NCBI RefSeq assembly: GCF_964355755.1
Contig: NC_092672.1
Span: 15,934,001 to 15,998,000, forward strand
Length of the DNA: 64,000 nt
DNA from: Antedon mediterranea
Lineage: Eukaryota > Animalia > Echinodermata
Direction: 5' to 3'
Made by a program: the position numbers and the translations under genes
In this document: piece by piece, positions 55,801 through 63,899 of the stretch
Position numbering within the stretch: the first letter of the stretch is position 1
Layout: the number at the start of each line of letters is the position of its first letter
Notes under the pieces: model-generated
Databases searched by the model: none
Told to the model about the DNA's origin: nothing
The model's input: only the letters and a program-made list of their open reading frames with translations

Positions 55801-58800
55801 AGGCCTACCGTAAAATAAAAATATATATAGGCCTAGGCCTACACGGTAAAATAAAAATATATAGGTCTAAGCATACTATTTACGATCCGATTCATGGTAT
55901 TTTTTAGCCTGGTACGTCGGGCGACACGTGTCTAAATTTCTAATAGCCGACTTTCACCTGAAAAAAAATACATATTTTTTATCCCTGGATGTAACATGAT
56001 ATTGACGCGAATACTGCACTACAAAGAGCTAGGCCATGAACGATTCGTTAAAAGTACACCGCCAGACAATCGCGTAGCTATTGTTTAGATTACATACTAT
56101 AAACAATTAATAACAAAGAAAGCCTAGAAAGATAAGCTCCTCCTCTCGTTAAAATTGTTAAATAATTTTGCTTTGACTGAGCCATTTTGTGACGGTTTCA
56201 ACTCTTTCATTTCATTGCACTTTAGACAATATTTTTAAAAATAATTTACTGTATCAGTTCAGACTGTATCAGTTCAGACTGTGAAGAACATGGATTTCGA
56301 AAGGTACACTTTATTTAACGCCAGGAATTCTTCTCACGGAAAAAAATGTGCTGATTGCAATCTGCATAAGCAACCAAAGATCCTGTATCTTTCTGGGATT
56401 CTGCCTTTTCCCCAGATTTATTGTTATTTGTATATGACATAAAACCTCAGTACTGTGGAATAATGCTACTCTATAAAGGCCTACTGTCATTCAATACTAT
56501 CGTCCGTTAGCTCGGCGTTTAACGGACACAAACACTCAGTAACCTGTGGAATAATGCTATACTCTGTATGCTGTCATTCAATACTATCGTCCGTTAGATC
56601 AGCGTTTAACGGACACAAAAACTCAGTAGATTGTGGAATGATGCTACTCTACTGTAATTCAATACTATCGTCCGTTAGATCGGCGTTTAACGGACACAAA
56701 AACTCAGTAACCTGTGGAATGATGCTATACTCTATATGCTGTCATTCAATACTATCGTCCGTTAGCTCGGCGTTTAACGGACACAAAAACTCAGTAAATT
56801 GTGGAATGATGCTACTCTATTGTAATTCAATACTATCGTCCGCCGTTAGCTCGGCGTTTAACGGACACAAAAACTCAATACAGTATACCATGGAGCTATA
56901 AAATTGTATAGCTCCATGAGTATACTGTGGAATGATGCTATACTCTATATGCTGTCGGCGTTTAACGGACACAAAAACTCAGTAAACTGTAGAATGATAC
57001 TACACTCTATATAATAGGCCTACTGTCATTTAATACTATCGTCCGTAAACTCGGCATTTAACGGACTCAAAAACTCAGTAAAACTGTGGAATATGATGCT
57101 ATATAATACTGTCATTCAATACTATCGTCCGTTAGCTCGGCGTTTAACGGACTCAAAAACCCAGTATACTGTGGAATGATGGTATACTCTATATGCAGCT
57201 GTCATTCAACACTATCGTCCGTAAACTCGGCGTTTAACGGACACAAAAACTCAGTAAATTGTGGAATGATGCTATACTCTATCTGTCATTTATTACTATC
57301 GTCCGTTAGCTCGGCGTTTAACGGACACAAAAACTCAGTAATATAACCTGTGGAATGATGCTATACTCTATATTATGCTGTCATTTTAATACTATCGTCT
57401 GTTAGCTCGGCGTTTAACGGACACAAAAACTCAGTAAACTCCGGGAATGATGGGTATTCGAATGATGCATACTCTATATACTGTCATCTATCGTCCGTTA
57501 ACTCGGTGTTTAACGGAACAACGCACTGAATAGTAAATTCGCGTTTGGTTGAGAGCAAGTAGAGGAATTCCCTTTTTTGCGACGCCTCCCTACTGCAAGA
57601 AGGCAATTGCACATTGTTTTTATATATTTATTTTAAATATATACTGTATAAGTGTTTTGCCTATTACACCATTTAGGCCTAAATAGATACAATAATTGTT
57701 AATGTACACAGTTTTTTTTTGTATTTTGTAATAAACATGACACCCTTGCAGCAGCATCACGGAGGCTGCCAAAAACACTGTGGTGCGTGTGTACATCGCA
57801 TCGCGGTGATAAAAAACCATGTGCTTGCTAATAACGTGACGTCATATCGCCCAAAGTTTCCTCCTCTGTTTTTGGACACACTTAACTCGCGCGGCAGCTA
57901 CAGTCAGTAAATGTTTTAGCTCTAGATAGACGGCGACCGGTTTCTATATTGTTTGGTCCATACCATCGTCCATAAAGGCTATACATGCTGATACTATCGA
58001 TACGACAGTCGGGGTTTTATCCGTGTTTACAATTTTGCCTTTTTTTTTTTCCGGTCAAGTGTACGGGGTAAAAAATAAAAAGGGAATTAACGTCAAGAAT
58101 GCTAAACAAAAAATTAGTATATTATAGGAATGTTCTATAAGTTGAAAATGTTCAACAAAAATTGTGGAATTGTAGATGCTGATAATTTAATGTTGGGTAA
58201 GGTTGTTCTAACAGCATTTTTTTTTTGCCGTCGAAATGGCGGTTTACCACAACATCATCTGCAGTTTCAAGGCCCTTTCTACAGCAATTGCCGTCGATCT
58301 TCATATTATTATTAGATATTATTGTATTGAACTCTGTAATGTGTGGTGTGATATTGTCAGTACAAGGGTCCGTTAAATGAGCGTTTAACGAATATAAAAA
58401 CGATCTGTTAGGTCGGCGTTTAACGGACGAAAACAATGGACGTTGTTCTTCCGTTGTACGCGTTAGATAGTAAATTCAATTTCATTGTACAGTATTAACC
58501 ATGATACGCTCTGCTGAGTACAGACCGCCCAACTCATTAACGTTTTGCATATTATTAACGCATTTAAAAGTCTATTAACGGAGTAAAAAACATTTGGGCA
58601 TGCTCCCTAAAATATATAACAATCTAGGAGAACTAGTGAGGTCCTCCTCCCATTTCAAAGTTTCCCTTTGCAAGTCACCCCAACATATTTAGCCCTTTTA
58701 AAACTCTCCTTATAGGCTAGGCAATCTATAAAAAAAAAACAGCCTAAAGTGAAACAAATTGCAAACAGAGATTTTTCTTTTTTAAATGGTTATATGTAAT

Positions 58801-59880
58801 TAGGAGATCAAAATTTGAGCATCACACCTGTCACTCATCCCGATGATATGCAAATTAGCTTAAATATGCAAATTAGCTTAAATATGCAAATTAGGATGAA
58901 ATTACAGGGTTACCATATCTCAAAAACTACTAGTCCGAGAGAGTTTATTTTTTCCCTGATTTATTCAAAATGTATATATTTATATATACTCTAATGAAAC
59001 ATTTTACGAAAAAATGACCAGAAGTACAACATTTGACCTTCGACCCCATTTCTCAATGTTTGCATACACAATGTTATTGTTACTAAAATGTCTGTAGAGA
59101 CTTTATTTTGCCCTCAAATGACCCAGACATAGGTTCCTAATAGCCAGCATAGGACCAACTTTGTAATTCCCAAAATCACACTTTTGTCACATACCTCGAA
59201 AGTATGCAAATTAGTAGTACAATTTAAATAAAATATGCAAATAAGGGGGAAAATTACCGTTGTCCTATATCTCGAAAACCACTAATGCTAGAGAGTAGAT
59301 TTTTTCACAGCCGTATTCAGAATCTACATATTTCTATTTGCTCCAAAGAAACATTTTACAAAAAATTGACAGGAAGTACGACATTTGACCCTCGACTCCA
59401 TTTCTCAATATTGCATATATATAATGAAACTAAAATGTCTGTAGAGACTTTGTTTTACTCTCAAATGACTCCGATACAGGAAAAAATTGTTGGAATAATG
59501 ACATTTGACCCATTTGAGCCTATTTCTCAATATTTTCATATAATGCAACTAATAAAATGTCTGTACAGACTTCGTTTTTGCCTCAAATGACTCAGATAAA
59601 GGTTTTCTATAGCCAGCATAGTAAAAAGTTTGCAGGATGCTCAATTGGACAAAATTTTTATTGGTGAACTGAATGTGTTGAGTATTTTGCCGATTTGGCT
59701 TTCCATCATTTTTACATTTTAATTAAGTACTTCATTCATTTTACCAGATAAGCCATTAGAAGAATATCGTAGACAACTTGGTAGTTATGGAGTAAGCAGT
59801 GATCTAGCAACAAGGTCAGTTGCAAGTTTATCTGGAGGCCAAAAGAGTAGAGTTGCTTTTGCTGCCATGTCAATGAACAG
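1741..59880 (+). CDS. ABCF3: ATP-binding cassette sub-family F member 3 (GCN20-like), partial multi-exon gene with 12 exons in window; 5' and 3' exons outside
   Basis: The spliced exons translate without stops and are colinear with metazoan ABCF3 as I recall it: [12 protein letters not shown], Walker [61 protein letters not shown], Walker [21 protein letters not shown]. All introns are GT-AG with matching phases. Confidence 0.96.
1899..2013. repeat. 21-bp minisatellite (GCCCTCTCAGTTGGCCTTGAT), about 5 copies
   Basis: Near-perfect tandem units directly visible; they explain the repetitive ORFs on both strands. Confidence 0.95.
2483..2837. mobile_element. Small MITE with about 40-50 bp TIRs
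   Basis: TACTCTAGTAGCTAGATCAACTTTCGTATGCACTTTT (about 2504-2540) is inverted at about 2789-2826; outer CATAGAGAT/ATCTCTAT. Confidence 0.6.
3277..3381 (+). CDS. ABCF3: ABCF3 exon 2 (NBD1 Walker A)
   Basis: tattag|...|gtatgt; [34 protein letters not shown]. Confidence 0.95.
3711..4344 (+). mobile_element. Non-autonomous TTAA-flanked element (Kolobok-like), copy 1
   Basis: TTAA-AGACCCCTTCCCT ... AGGGAATGGGGCT-TTAA; an inverted second copy lies at 52091-53922. TTAA TSD with RR..YY termini is typical of Kolobok. Confidence 0.75.
6103..8464. mobile_element. MULE/Mutator-like foldback non-autonomous element with 10-bp TSD
   Basis: TSD TGAAGCAAGG at 6093-6102 and 8465-8474; about 90-bp TIRs starting GGGTGTCAC, built of CTAAGA subrepeats; diverged inner inverted arms 6440-6660 versus 8140-8365. 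Confidence 0.85.
6673..7963 (+). mobile_element. pogo/Tigger-like MITE nested in the MULE-like element
   Basis: TA-CAGTCAACTCTCCCAATACCGGAC ... GTCCGGTATTGGGAGAGTTGACTG-TA perfect 24-bp TIR; residual [11 protein letters not shown] at 7298. Confidence 0.85.
9442..9515 (-). other. Degenerate tRNA-like Pol III promoter sequence inside element A
   Basis: Minus strand TGGCTCGGTGG (A box) ... GAGTTTGAGTC (B-box-like) at tRNA-like spacing. Confidence 0.45.
10454..13170 (-). mobile_element. HINE-like element B nested in A
   Basis: ACTAG plus hairpin ACTCGTCACTTTGACGAGT; subTIR TAGTTATCCGC (10485) matches GCGGATAACTA (13090, 13158). Confidence 0.75.
11716..13030 (-). mobile_element. HINE-like element C nested in B
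   Basis: ACTAG plus the same hairpin; subTIR GGTTATTCGC (11749) matches GCGGATAACC (12963, 13017). Confidence 0.75.
13860..15205 (+). repeat. Diverged duplication of about 585 bp ending in a Helitron-like 3' hairpin
   Basis: GGGTATCAAAATGACC.CAATTGTACCTG.AAAGTTCTAAACTA at about 13870 and 14455; ACCCACCCTGGGGCGGGT hairpin then CTATAGT at about 15172-15203. Confidence 0.5.
16613..16774 (+). CDS. ABCF3: ABCF3 exon 3 (Q-loop, arm)
   Basis: tttag|...|gttagc; [53 protein letters not shown]. Confidence 0.95.
17121..17210 (+). CDS. ABCF3: ABCF3 exon 4
   Basis: tttag|...|gtaagt; [29 protein letters not shown]. Confidence 0.95.
18350..18840. repeat. Degenerate minisatellite of about 20 bp (ACAAAAACAGTGGCAGGGT), probably a transposon subterminal array
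   Basis: About 20 visible units; source of the Cys/Phe-rich spurious ORFs. Confidence 0.85.
19365..19424 (+). CDS. ABCF3: ABCF3 exon 5
   Basis: ttttag|...|gtatgt; [19 protein letters not shown]. Confidence 0.93.
19585..19910 (+). mobile_element. HINE-like 3' fragment
   Basis: GCGGATAACC-ACTCGTCCATAGTGATGAGT-TCAAATCTAGTT end; body is an inverted match to about 10800-11060. Confidence 0.75.
20258..21803. mobile_element. Non-autonomous TIR element (PIF/Harbinger-like)
   Basis: TAGCCACGTTCACATAAGATTTTATCGTG versus CACGATAATTTCTGAATGTGAACCTAGCTA (imperfect TIRs); internal repeated ATCATGAT/ATCACG motifs. Confidence 0.55.
23341..23476 (+). CDS. ABCF3: ABCF3 exon 6 (NBD1 signature, Walker B)
   Basis: ttatag|...|gtatag; [45 protein letters not shown]. 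Confidence 0.97.
23612..24929 (+). mobile_element. Non-autonomous Helitron, copy 1 (3' hairpin collapsed)
   Basis: A|TCTATATATAAATTTACG 5' end, 3' CTAG; ends homologous to 48444-49656. Confidence 0.85.
24930..25410 (+). mobile_element. Helitron copy 2 (5' module), head-to-tail with copy 1
   Basis: CTAG|TCTATATAAATTTACG junction; clearly homologous to but diverged from 23612-24080. Confidence 0.85.
26094..26164 (-). pseudogene. tRNA-Val(AAC)-derived pseudogene
   Basis: Minus strand GGTTTCGTAGTGTAGTGGTTATCAAGTCTGCTAAACACGCAGGGTCCCCAGTTCAAGCCCTGGCAAAAACC; position 33 is not U and the stems carry mismatches. Confidence 0.75.
26361..26432 (-). pseudogene. tRNA-Val(AAC)-derived pseudogene
   Basis: Minus strand GGCTTCTTGGTGTAGTGGTTATCACGTCTGCTCAACACGCAGAAGGTCCCCGGTTCGAGCCCGAGCGAAACC followed by a T-run; C33, acceptor and T-stem mismatches. 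Confidence 0.8.
27229..27425. repeat. Short-period repeat (CACAAATGTGAAAAC), transposon subterminal-type array
   Basis: About 9 visible units. Confidence 0.8.
27599..27799 (+). CDS. ABCF3: ABCF3 exon 7 (H-loop, linker)
   Basis: ttccag|...|gttact; [67 protein letters not shown]. Confidence 0.96.
28268..28344 (+). CDS. ABCF3: ABCF3 exon 8 (linker)
   Basis: ttttag|...|gtaagt; [25 protein letters not shown]. Confidence 0.96.
28915..29172 (+). mobile_element. HINE-like 3' fragment
   Basis: Ends CGTCAAAGTGACGAGTTCGAATCTAGTT; inverted match to 11716-11990. Confidence 0.75.
29520..29564 (+). CDS. ABCF3: ABCF3 exon 9 (45 nt)
   Basis: ttttcag|...|gtaagt; (M)[14 protein letters not shown]. Confidence 0.93.
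30778..31126 (-). mobile_element. tRNA-derived SINE with Deu/Nin-type central domain
   Basis: A box TGGCCGAGCGG, B box GGTTCGAGGCC, core TCGGATAAGGACTATAAACCG...AAAGAACCC...TTCGAAAAGAGTAGGGGTTACCCCGGTG, A-rich tail. Confidence 0.8.
31390..31883. mobile_element. pogo/Tigger-like MITE (TA TSD)
   Basis: TA-CAGTAGAACCTTCATTTTACGTAC ... GTACGTAAAACACAGGTTCTACTG-TA. Confidence 0.85.
32901..36272. mobile_element. 3.4-kb foldback element, arms made of tandem units of about 350 bp (Academ-like termini)
   Basis: TAGGCTAGTCAATCTAGCA ... TGCTAGATTGACTAGCCTA; GTA on both sides; units start ATATGCAAAT at about 33053, 33397 and 33746 and are mirrored in the right arm. Confidence 0.85.
34045..34150 (+). 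mobile_element. L2-type LINE/SINE 3' tail inserted in the foldback
   Basis: TGTACAGCGCTTAGAG...AGGCGCTATATAAAT...(ATT)n. Confidence 0.65.
38613..39987 (+). mobile_element. 5'-truncated CR1-clade LINE (RT fragment)
   Basis: [36 protein letters not shown]; premature TGA at 39460; (AAT)n tail; empty-site paralog GTCAAATGCC at about 37993. Confidence 0.9.
41440..41478 (-). ncRNA. Minimal type I hammerhead-like motif (Penelope-type), probably degenerate
   Basis: Minus strand GCA-CUGAUGA-A-GGGC-UAGUGUU-GCCC-GAAA-GUUC-UGU. Confidence 0.55.
41560..41800 (-). pseudogene. Degraded transposase C-terminus (Academ-like, CxC-rich)
   Basis: Across frameshifts and stops: QLP..., QW.G..., [30 protein letters not shown]. 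Confidence 0.5.
42041..42083 (-). ncRNA. Minimal type I hammerhead-like motif (Penelope-type)
   Basis: Minus strand CUGAAGA-A-GCUGUCC-GAUCA-GGACAGC-GAAAC-U-GUC; perfect 7-bp stem II, weak stem I. Confidence 0.6.
42945..45645 (-). mobile_element. L2-clade LINE, 5'-truncated ORF2 (endonuclease end plus RT) with frameshift
   Basis: [75 protein letters not shown]; tail GCGCTTTACAAAT...(ATT)n. Confidence 0.93.
45823..45955 (+). CDS. ABCF3: ABCF3 exon 10
   Basis: ttttcag|...|gtaagt; [44 protein letters not shown]. Confidence 0.95.
46100..46740 (+). mobile_element. LINE 3' fragment (Rex-Babar-like)
   Basis: [12 protein letters not shown]...[10 protein letters not shown]...[17 protein letters not shown]; AATAAAG tail. 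Confidence 0.75.
47180..48280 (+). mobile_element. HINE-like element body and 3' end
   Basis: Ends GCGGATAACC-hairpin-CTAG (48274); inverted homology to 10454-11350. Confidence 0.75.
48444..49656 (+). mobile_element. Complete non-autonomous Helitron, copy 3
   Basis: A|TC...CTAG|T insertion; terminal hairpin CTAGATGGTACGC-GAGTGAAGCGA-GCGTACCATCTAG. Confidence 0.9.
50560..51800 (+). mobile_element. Two HINE-like elements joined tail-to-head, the second with a duplicated 5' terminus
   Basis: CTAG at 51086, then TAGTTATCCGCATTCAGCGGATAACT at 51101 and 51161. Confidence 0.8.
52091..53922 (-). mobile_element. Kolobok-like copy 2, split by a LINE
   Basis: Reverse complement of 3711-4344, interrupted at CAAC|GTCAGG. 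Confidence 0.8.
52431..53699 (-). mobile_element. Rex-Babar-like LINE RT fragment, internally deleted
   Basis: [43 protein letters not shown]; tail AATAAA...(AACTTG)n. Confidence 0.88.
54116..54296 (+). CDS. ABCF3: ABCF3 exon 11 (NBD2 Walker A)
   Basis: ttatag|...|gtaagc; [60 protein letters not shown]. Confidence 0.97.
54910..55745 (-). mobile_element. CR1-like LINE 3' fragment nested in the Harbinger-like element
   Basis: [32 protein letters not shown]; 3' stem-loop and (AAAAT)n tail. Confidence 0.85.
56447..57520. repeat. Tandem array of about 80-bp units (about 13), each with a GTCCGTTA/TAACGGAC hairpin
   Basis: Unit TGTGGAATGATGCTATACTCTATATGCTGTCATTCAATACTATCGTCCGTTAGCTCGGCGTTTAACGGACACAAAAACTCAGTAA. 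Confidence 0.95.
58713..59620 (+). mobile_element. Truncated left arm of the 32901 foldback family
   Basis: TAGGCTAGGCAATCTA...AAAGTGAAACAAATTGCAAACAGAG, colinear with 32901-33650. Confidence 0.85.
59748..59880 (+). CDS. ABCF3: ABCF3 exon 12 (NBD2 signature)
   Basis: taccag|...|gtattc; [43 protein letters not shown]. Confidence 0.96.
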
Positions 59881-60481
59881 GTATTCTTTATATTTCGTAG
59901 TTTGTGGTATACTTGCTTTTAGCAATTGAGTTGATATTTTTAATAGAAGAAGAAACTATTTATGTGGCTACAGGTTGTCTGTTTCGACTTCAATGTAATT
60001 TGTCTGTGATTTGTTTGTGCTGTATATATTCCATGAAAATATGAACACCATCAACATCAAGGTATCTTTACTATTGATCAATTCAAGATACTGGAACTAG
60101 GTGCTTATTTGAGGCAAATCCTTCAATTGTGATAACATTTTAAAGCACAGTTATTCATTGGGGTATTCAAAAAAATTAAAATGGAAGGATTTCTCCAAAA
60201 TTTGGCCAGGAGAAAGCAGCCATTTTGGATTTAAAAAGAAGCCCATCTTGAAATCAAGCACACTGGGCAAAATAGTATGAGCTTCTTTTCGAGAAACAAG
60301 GTGATTTAATGCCAGATAACTTGATGCAAATATAATGTAGGATCAAGTTTATATCTTAAATTCATTTTACAGTTTGTGTTTTGATCACGAATATGTAAAA
60401 ATGGCAGGTAACGTCTAAAAAAAAACTTTCCAAAAGTAATCTCAAAAAGAATTCTATCTCGAAAAGAAGCACATCTTTAAA

Positions 60482-60660
60482 ACTAGATTTGAACTCATCA
60501 CCCTTACGAGTTCAGGTTATCCGTGCGGAAACGCAACATGCTCATACATTGAAATGTAAATGCCGATCCTATGACATGAATAAAATATGTTTCAGTTCTG
60601 AATTGTACCTATTTTGTATCGTAAAGCATAACAGTATTTACAGAATACACTGTATATTGT
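60482..60660 (-). mobile_element. HINE-like 3' fragment
   Basis: ACTAGATTTGAACTCATCACCCTTACGAGTTCAGGTTATCCG. Confidence 0.7.
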
Positions 60661-60789
60661 AATTGTAGTTTTGTGTCAGGGAGTTGAGTAATTAGATGTT
60701 TTGCCCTACTCTGACGTAATGTGTACTTTATACCAGGGAGTTGACAACTCCCTGTTTATACTAAGTACATTTGAGAATACTTGCGAAAA

Positions 60790-61210
60790 AATTCCCAAGT
60801 AGTTCTTGCGAATTCCTTTAAAACTAATTAAAAGCTACCTTTTCAATCATGTTCAGTTTACTTCCTTAAATAATTTTAACTCTTCCTATTCCTGTTTAAC
60901 CTGGTCCACTTCTATTCTTGATTTTGGTTAACGATATACCAAACAGCTCTAAATTACTAAATTTTATCTTATTTGCTGACGACACAAATAATTTTTTCTC
61001 TCATCCTAAATTAAATACCTTGTTTAAAATTGTTAATGATGAGTTACTTAAAGTTTCAAATTGGCTCAAGCATAATAAATTTACTCTTAATACATCCAAA
61101 ACGAACTATATAATATTTTCTAAACGTAAAATTTCATAATTCTTTAAATGAACAAATATACATTGATAATAAAATGATCGAACAAGTTAATGAAACACAA
61201 TTTTTAGGGA
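60790..61210 (+). mobile_element. Degraded LINE RT fragment
   Basis: LVNDIPNSSKLLNFILFADDTN...LNTSKTNYIIF. Confidence 0.75.
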
Positions 61211-61226
61211 ACGTAAAATCAGGGTA

Positions 61227-63899
61227 TAGTGGGGAACCTAATGTAATTCCGTGAGATTTTAATGCTCAAGTTGAGTTCTTGGCAGTTTTGGAATCCTTGG
61301 GACCAGCAGAATTCATTGCAACTGGGGGCCAATTTTTCCCGACCCAATTTTGGCCGCCATCTTGGATTTCAAAATGGCCCCCATTTTTTACTCAAAACTG
61401 ATAGTAGCTCCTATTATAAACCACGTACGAACGTAATTTGTGTGATAAATCTTACAATATGATGATAAATCAGTCCAATGGTACAATTTATAATAATAGC
61501 ATATGGCAGCCATATTGAATTCCAAGATGGCCACCATTAAAAACGTATATAATGTATGAATTTTATAGTCAAGGTCCTCGTGTATTTCCGTAGGATTTTA
61601 ATGCCCAAAGTGAAATTTCACTATTTTTTAATATGGTGGTAGGATACCAAAAATGCTAGGTAACCAATTTTCACGATCCCGTAACCATGGTAACAGCCCC
61701 AAGATCAAAATGGCGCCCAATTGGCCCTATCTCCGTATCCCTTTGGTCTATCAACAATATATTGGTATTAAAATACTCGGAGCGTATATATTTATATTCA
61801 TTGTAATGGAACATTTTGACGAAATGTAATAGGAAATGCTATTTTTCTGCACTATTGACCTTTGACCTTGACTTGCATTGTATCTAAAAAACGGCTGGTC
61901 ATTGAAATTTAAAAATGGTCTCAAATTGCTGAGACCATACATATTTATATTTATTGTAATGCAACATTTTGTTAGAAAATGACCGTAAAGTTATTGACCT
62001 TTGACCTAATAAACATGAACTTGATATATACAATAATCGGCAATTTAAACAATGGGTTTATACATATTATTATCATTTGAATATCTAATTTCTAATTCAC
62101 ATACTTAGTTTTTATATATTTATAAATATTAATCAATCAATACCATGCATTTATTGTGTCAGCATCCTCGTCCCATTCTTTCCATTAAGACAGTCAAAGG
62201 AGTGAGTGTGGTTGATTCTTAAACTTTGTACCTTTCCATTTTATTTCCTAATGCTTGTTTTTCTTGAAACAATTTCATATATATAGGTTTCTTATACATT
62301 GAACTGCTGCCGGCCATACATTATTACGTGTTCGTAGATGATAATTTGATTGCTTGGTTCAGTTGCTTGATTAGACGTTCCTTGGGGTTGCTTCTTTGAT
62401 GTGTCGATATAAGAAGTAATCTTCCAATGCTAACATTGACTGCCATTTTGTAGTTATATCGTCAAGCCAAGGAATCGGTTTAGATTAGATAGAGTGAGAT
62501 TGTTAGAAGTGACCAAGAGGTTTTGGATGTTTACAGCATTTTATGTTCCCTTCAAGCTACTAAATGTGTTTAGTTTCATTTTTTCAAGGAGACCACAACC
62601 AGACTTTGCTCACAAACTTCAAAAAGCTTTAACTCTTTTTTTATCATCTCTGTTTAATTAAGATATATTTCTTGACTTCATTTGAAATTATTACTAAGAC
62701 AATGTTTAAAAAAAGTGTTGATTTTGTTATGAATGTATTTGGATAAAATCTTGAAGGATTTGTGTGTTTTGTGTTAAAGAGTGAGTTCGATGGGAAATCC
62801 AGTTCGATTTCCTCATTTTGAGTAATGCCGCCAACAAGACCACCAACACATTTTAACTATGTTCCTTCTGTTCTTCTAGAGCCTGATCCGGGAAAAGAGA
62901 ACTATTTAAATACAGATTTTTTTTCTTTACATTCAAATTAATTACATTCTTTTATTCTCTGTTACTTAGTAATCTACATCAAGCCAAGCTGGTTCATTAT
63001 GTGAATTAGAAATTAGCTATTCAAATGATAATAATATGTATAAATCCATTGTTTAATACCTACCACAAATAATTGCCGATTATTGTATACATCAAGTTCA
63101 TGTTTATTAGGTCAAAGGTCAATAACTTTACTTCCGGTCATTTTCTAACAAAATGTTGCATTACAATAAATATGAATATGTATGGTCTCAGCAATTTGAG
63201 ACCATTTTTAAATTTCAATGACCAGCCGTTTTTTAGATACAATGCAAGTCAAGGTCAAAGGTCAATAGTGCAGAAAAATAGCATTTCCTATTACATTTCG
63301 TCAAAATGTTCCATTACATTGAATATAAATATATACGCTCCGAGTATTTTGATACCAATATCTTGTTGATAGACCAAAGGGATACGGAGATAGGGCCAAT
63401 TGGGAGCCATTTTGATCTTGGGGCTGTTACCATGGTTACGGCATCGTGAAAATTGGTTACCTAGCATTTTTGGTATCCTACCACCATATTAAAGAAGTGA
63501 AATCTTACTTTGGGCATTAAAATCCTACGGAAATACACGAGGACTCTGACTATAAAATGCATACATTATATACGTTTTTAATGGCGGCCATCTTGGAATT
63601 CAATATGGCTGCCATATGCTATTATTATAAATTGTACCATTGGACTGATTTATCAAAATATTGTAAGATTTATCACACAAATTACGTTCGTACGTGTTAA
63701 AATAGGAGCTACTATCAGTTTTGAGTAAAAAATGGGGGCCATTTTGAAATCCAAGATGGCGGCCAAAATAGGGTCGGGAAAAATTGGCCCCCTGTTGCAA
63801 TGAATTATGCTGGTCCCAAGGATTCCAAAACTGCCAAGAACTCAACTTGAGCATTAAAATCTCACGGAACTGATTTTTGGAACATTAGGTTCCCCACTA
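61227..63899. mobile_element. 2.7-kb foldback element with TIRs of about 880 bp (Academ-like), inserted in a MITE end
   Basis: TAGTGGGGAACCTAATG ... CATTAGGTTCCCCACTA; 3-bp TSD GTA confirmed by the empty site at about 31845-31885; arms 61227-62103 and 62998-63899. Confidence 0.88.

Larger units (their letters stand above)
54568..58607. mobile_element. 4-kb non-autonomous PIF/Harbinger-like element
   Basis: TAA-GGGAGCGTGCCCAAATGTTTTTACTCCGTTAA ... TTAACGGAGTAAAAAACATTTGGGCATGCTCCC-TAA; 3-bp TAA TSD. Confidence 0.85.

Noticed and set aside
56447-57520. CRISPR-like array (hairpin repeat at regular spacing)
   Set aside because: The intervening sequences are homologous to one another rather than unique spacers; there are no cas genes and the context is a eukaryotic intron.
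61262-63854. Paired near-identical ORFs on opposite strands
   Set aside because: Mirror translations of long TIRs with no protein motifs.
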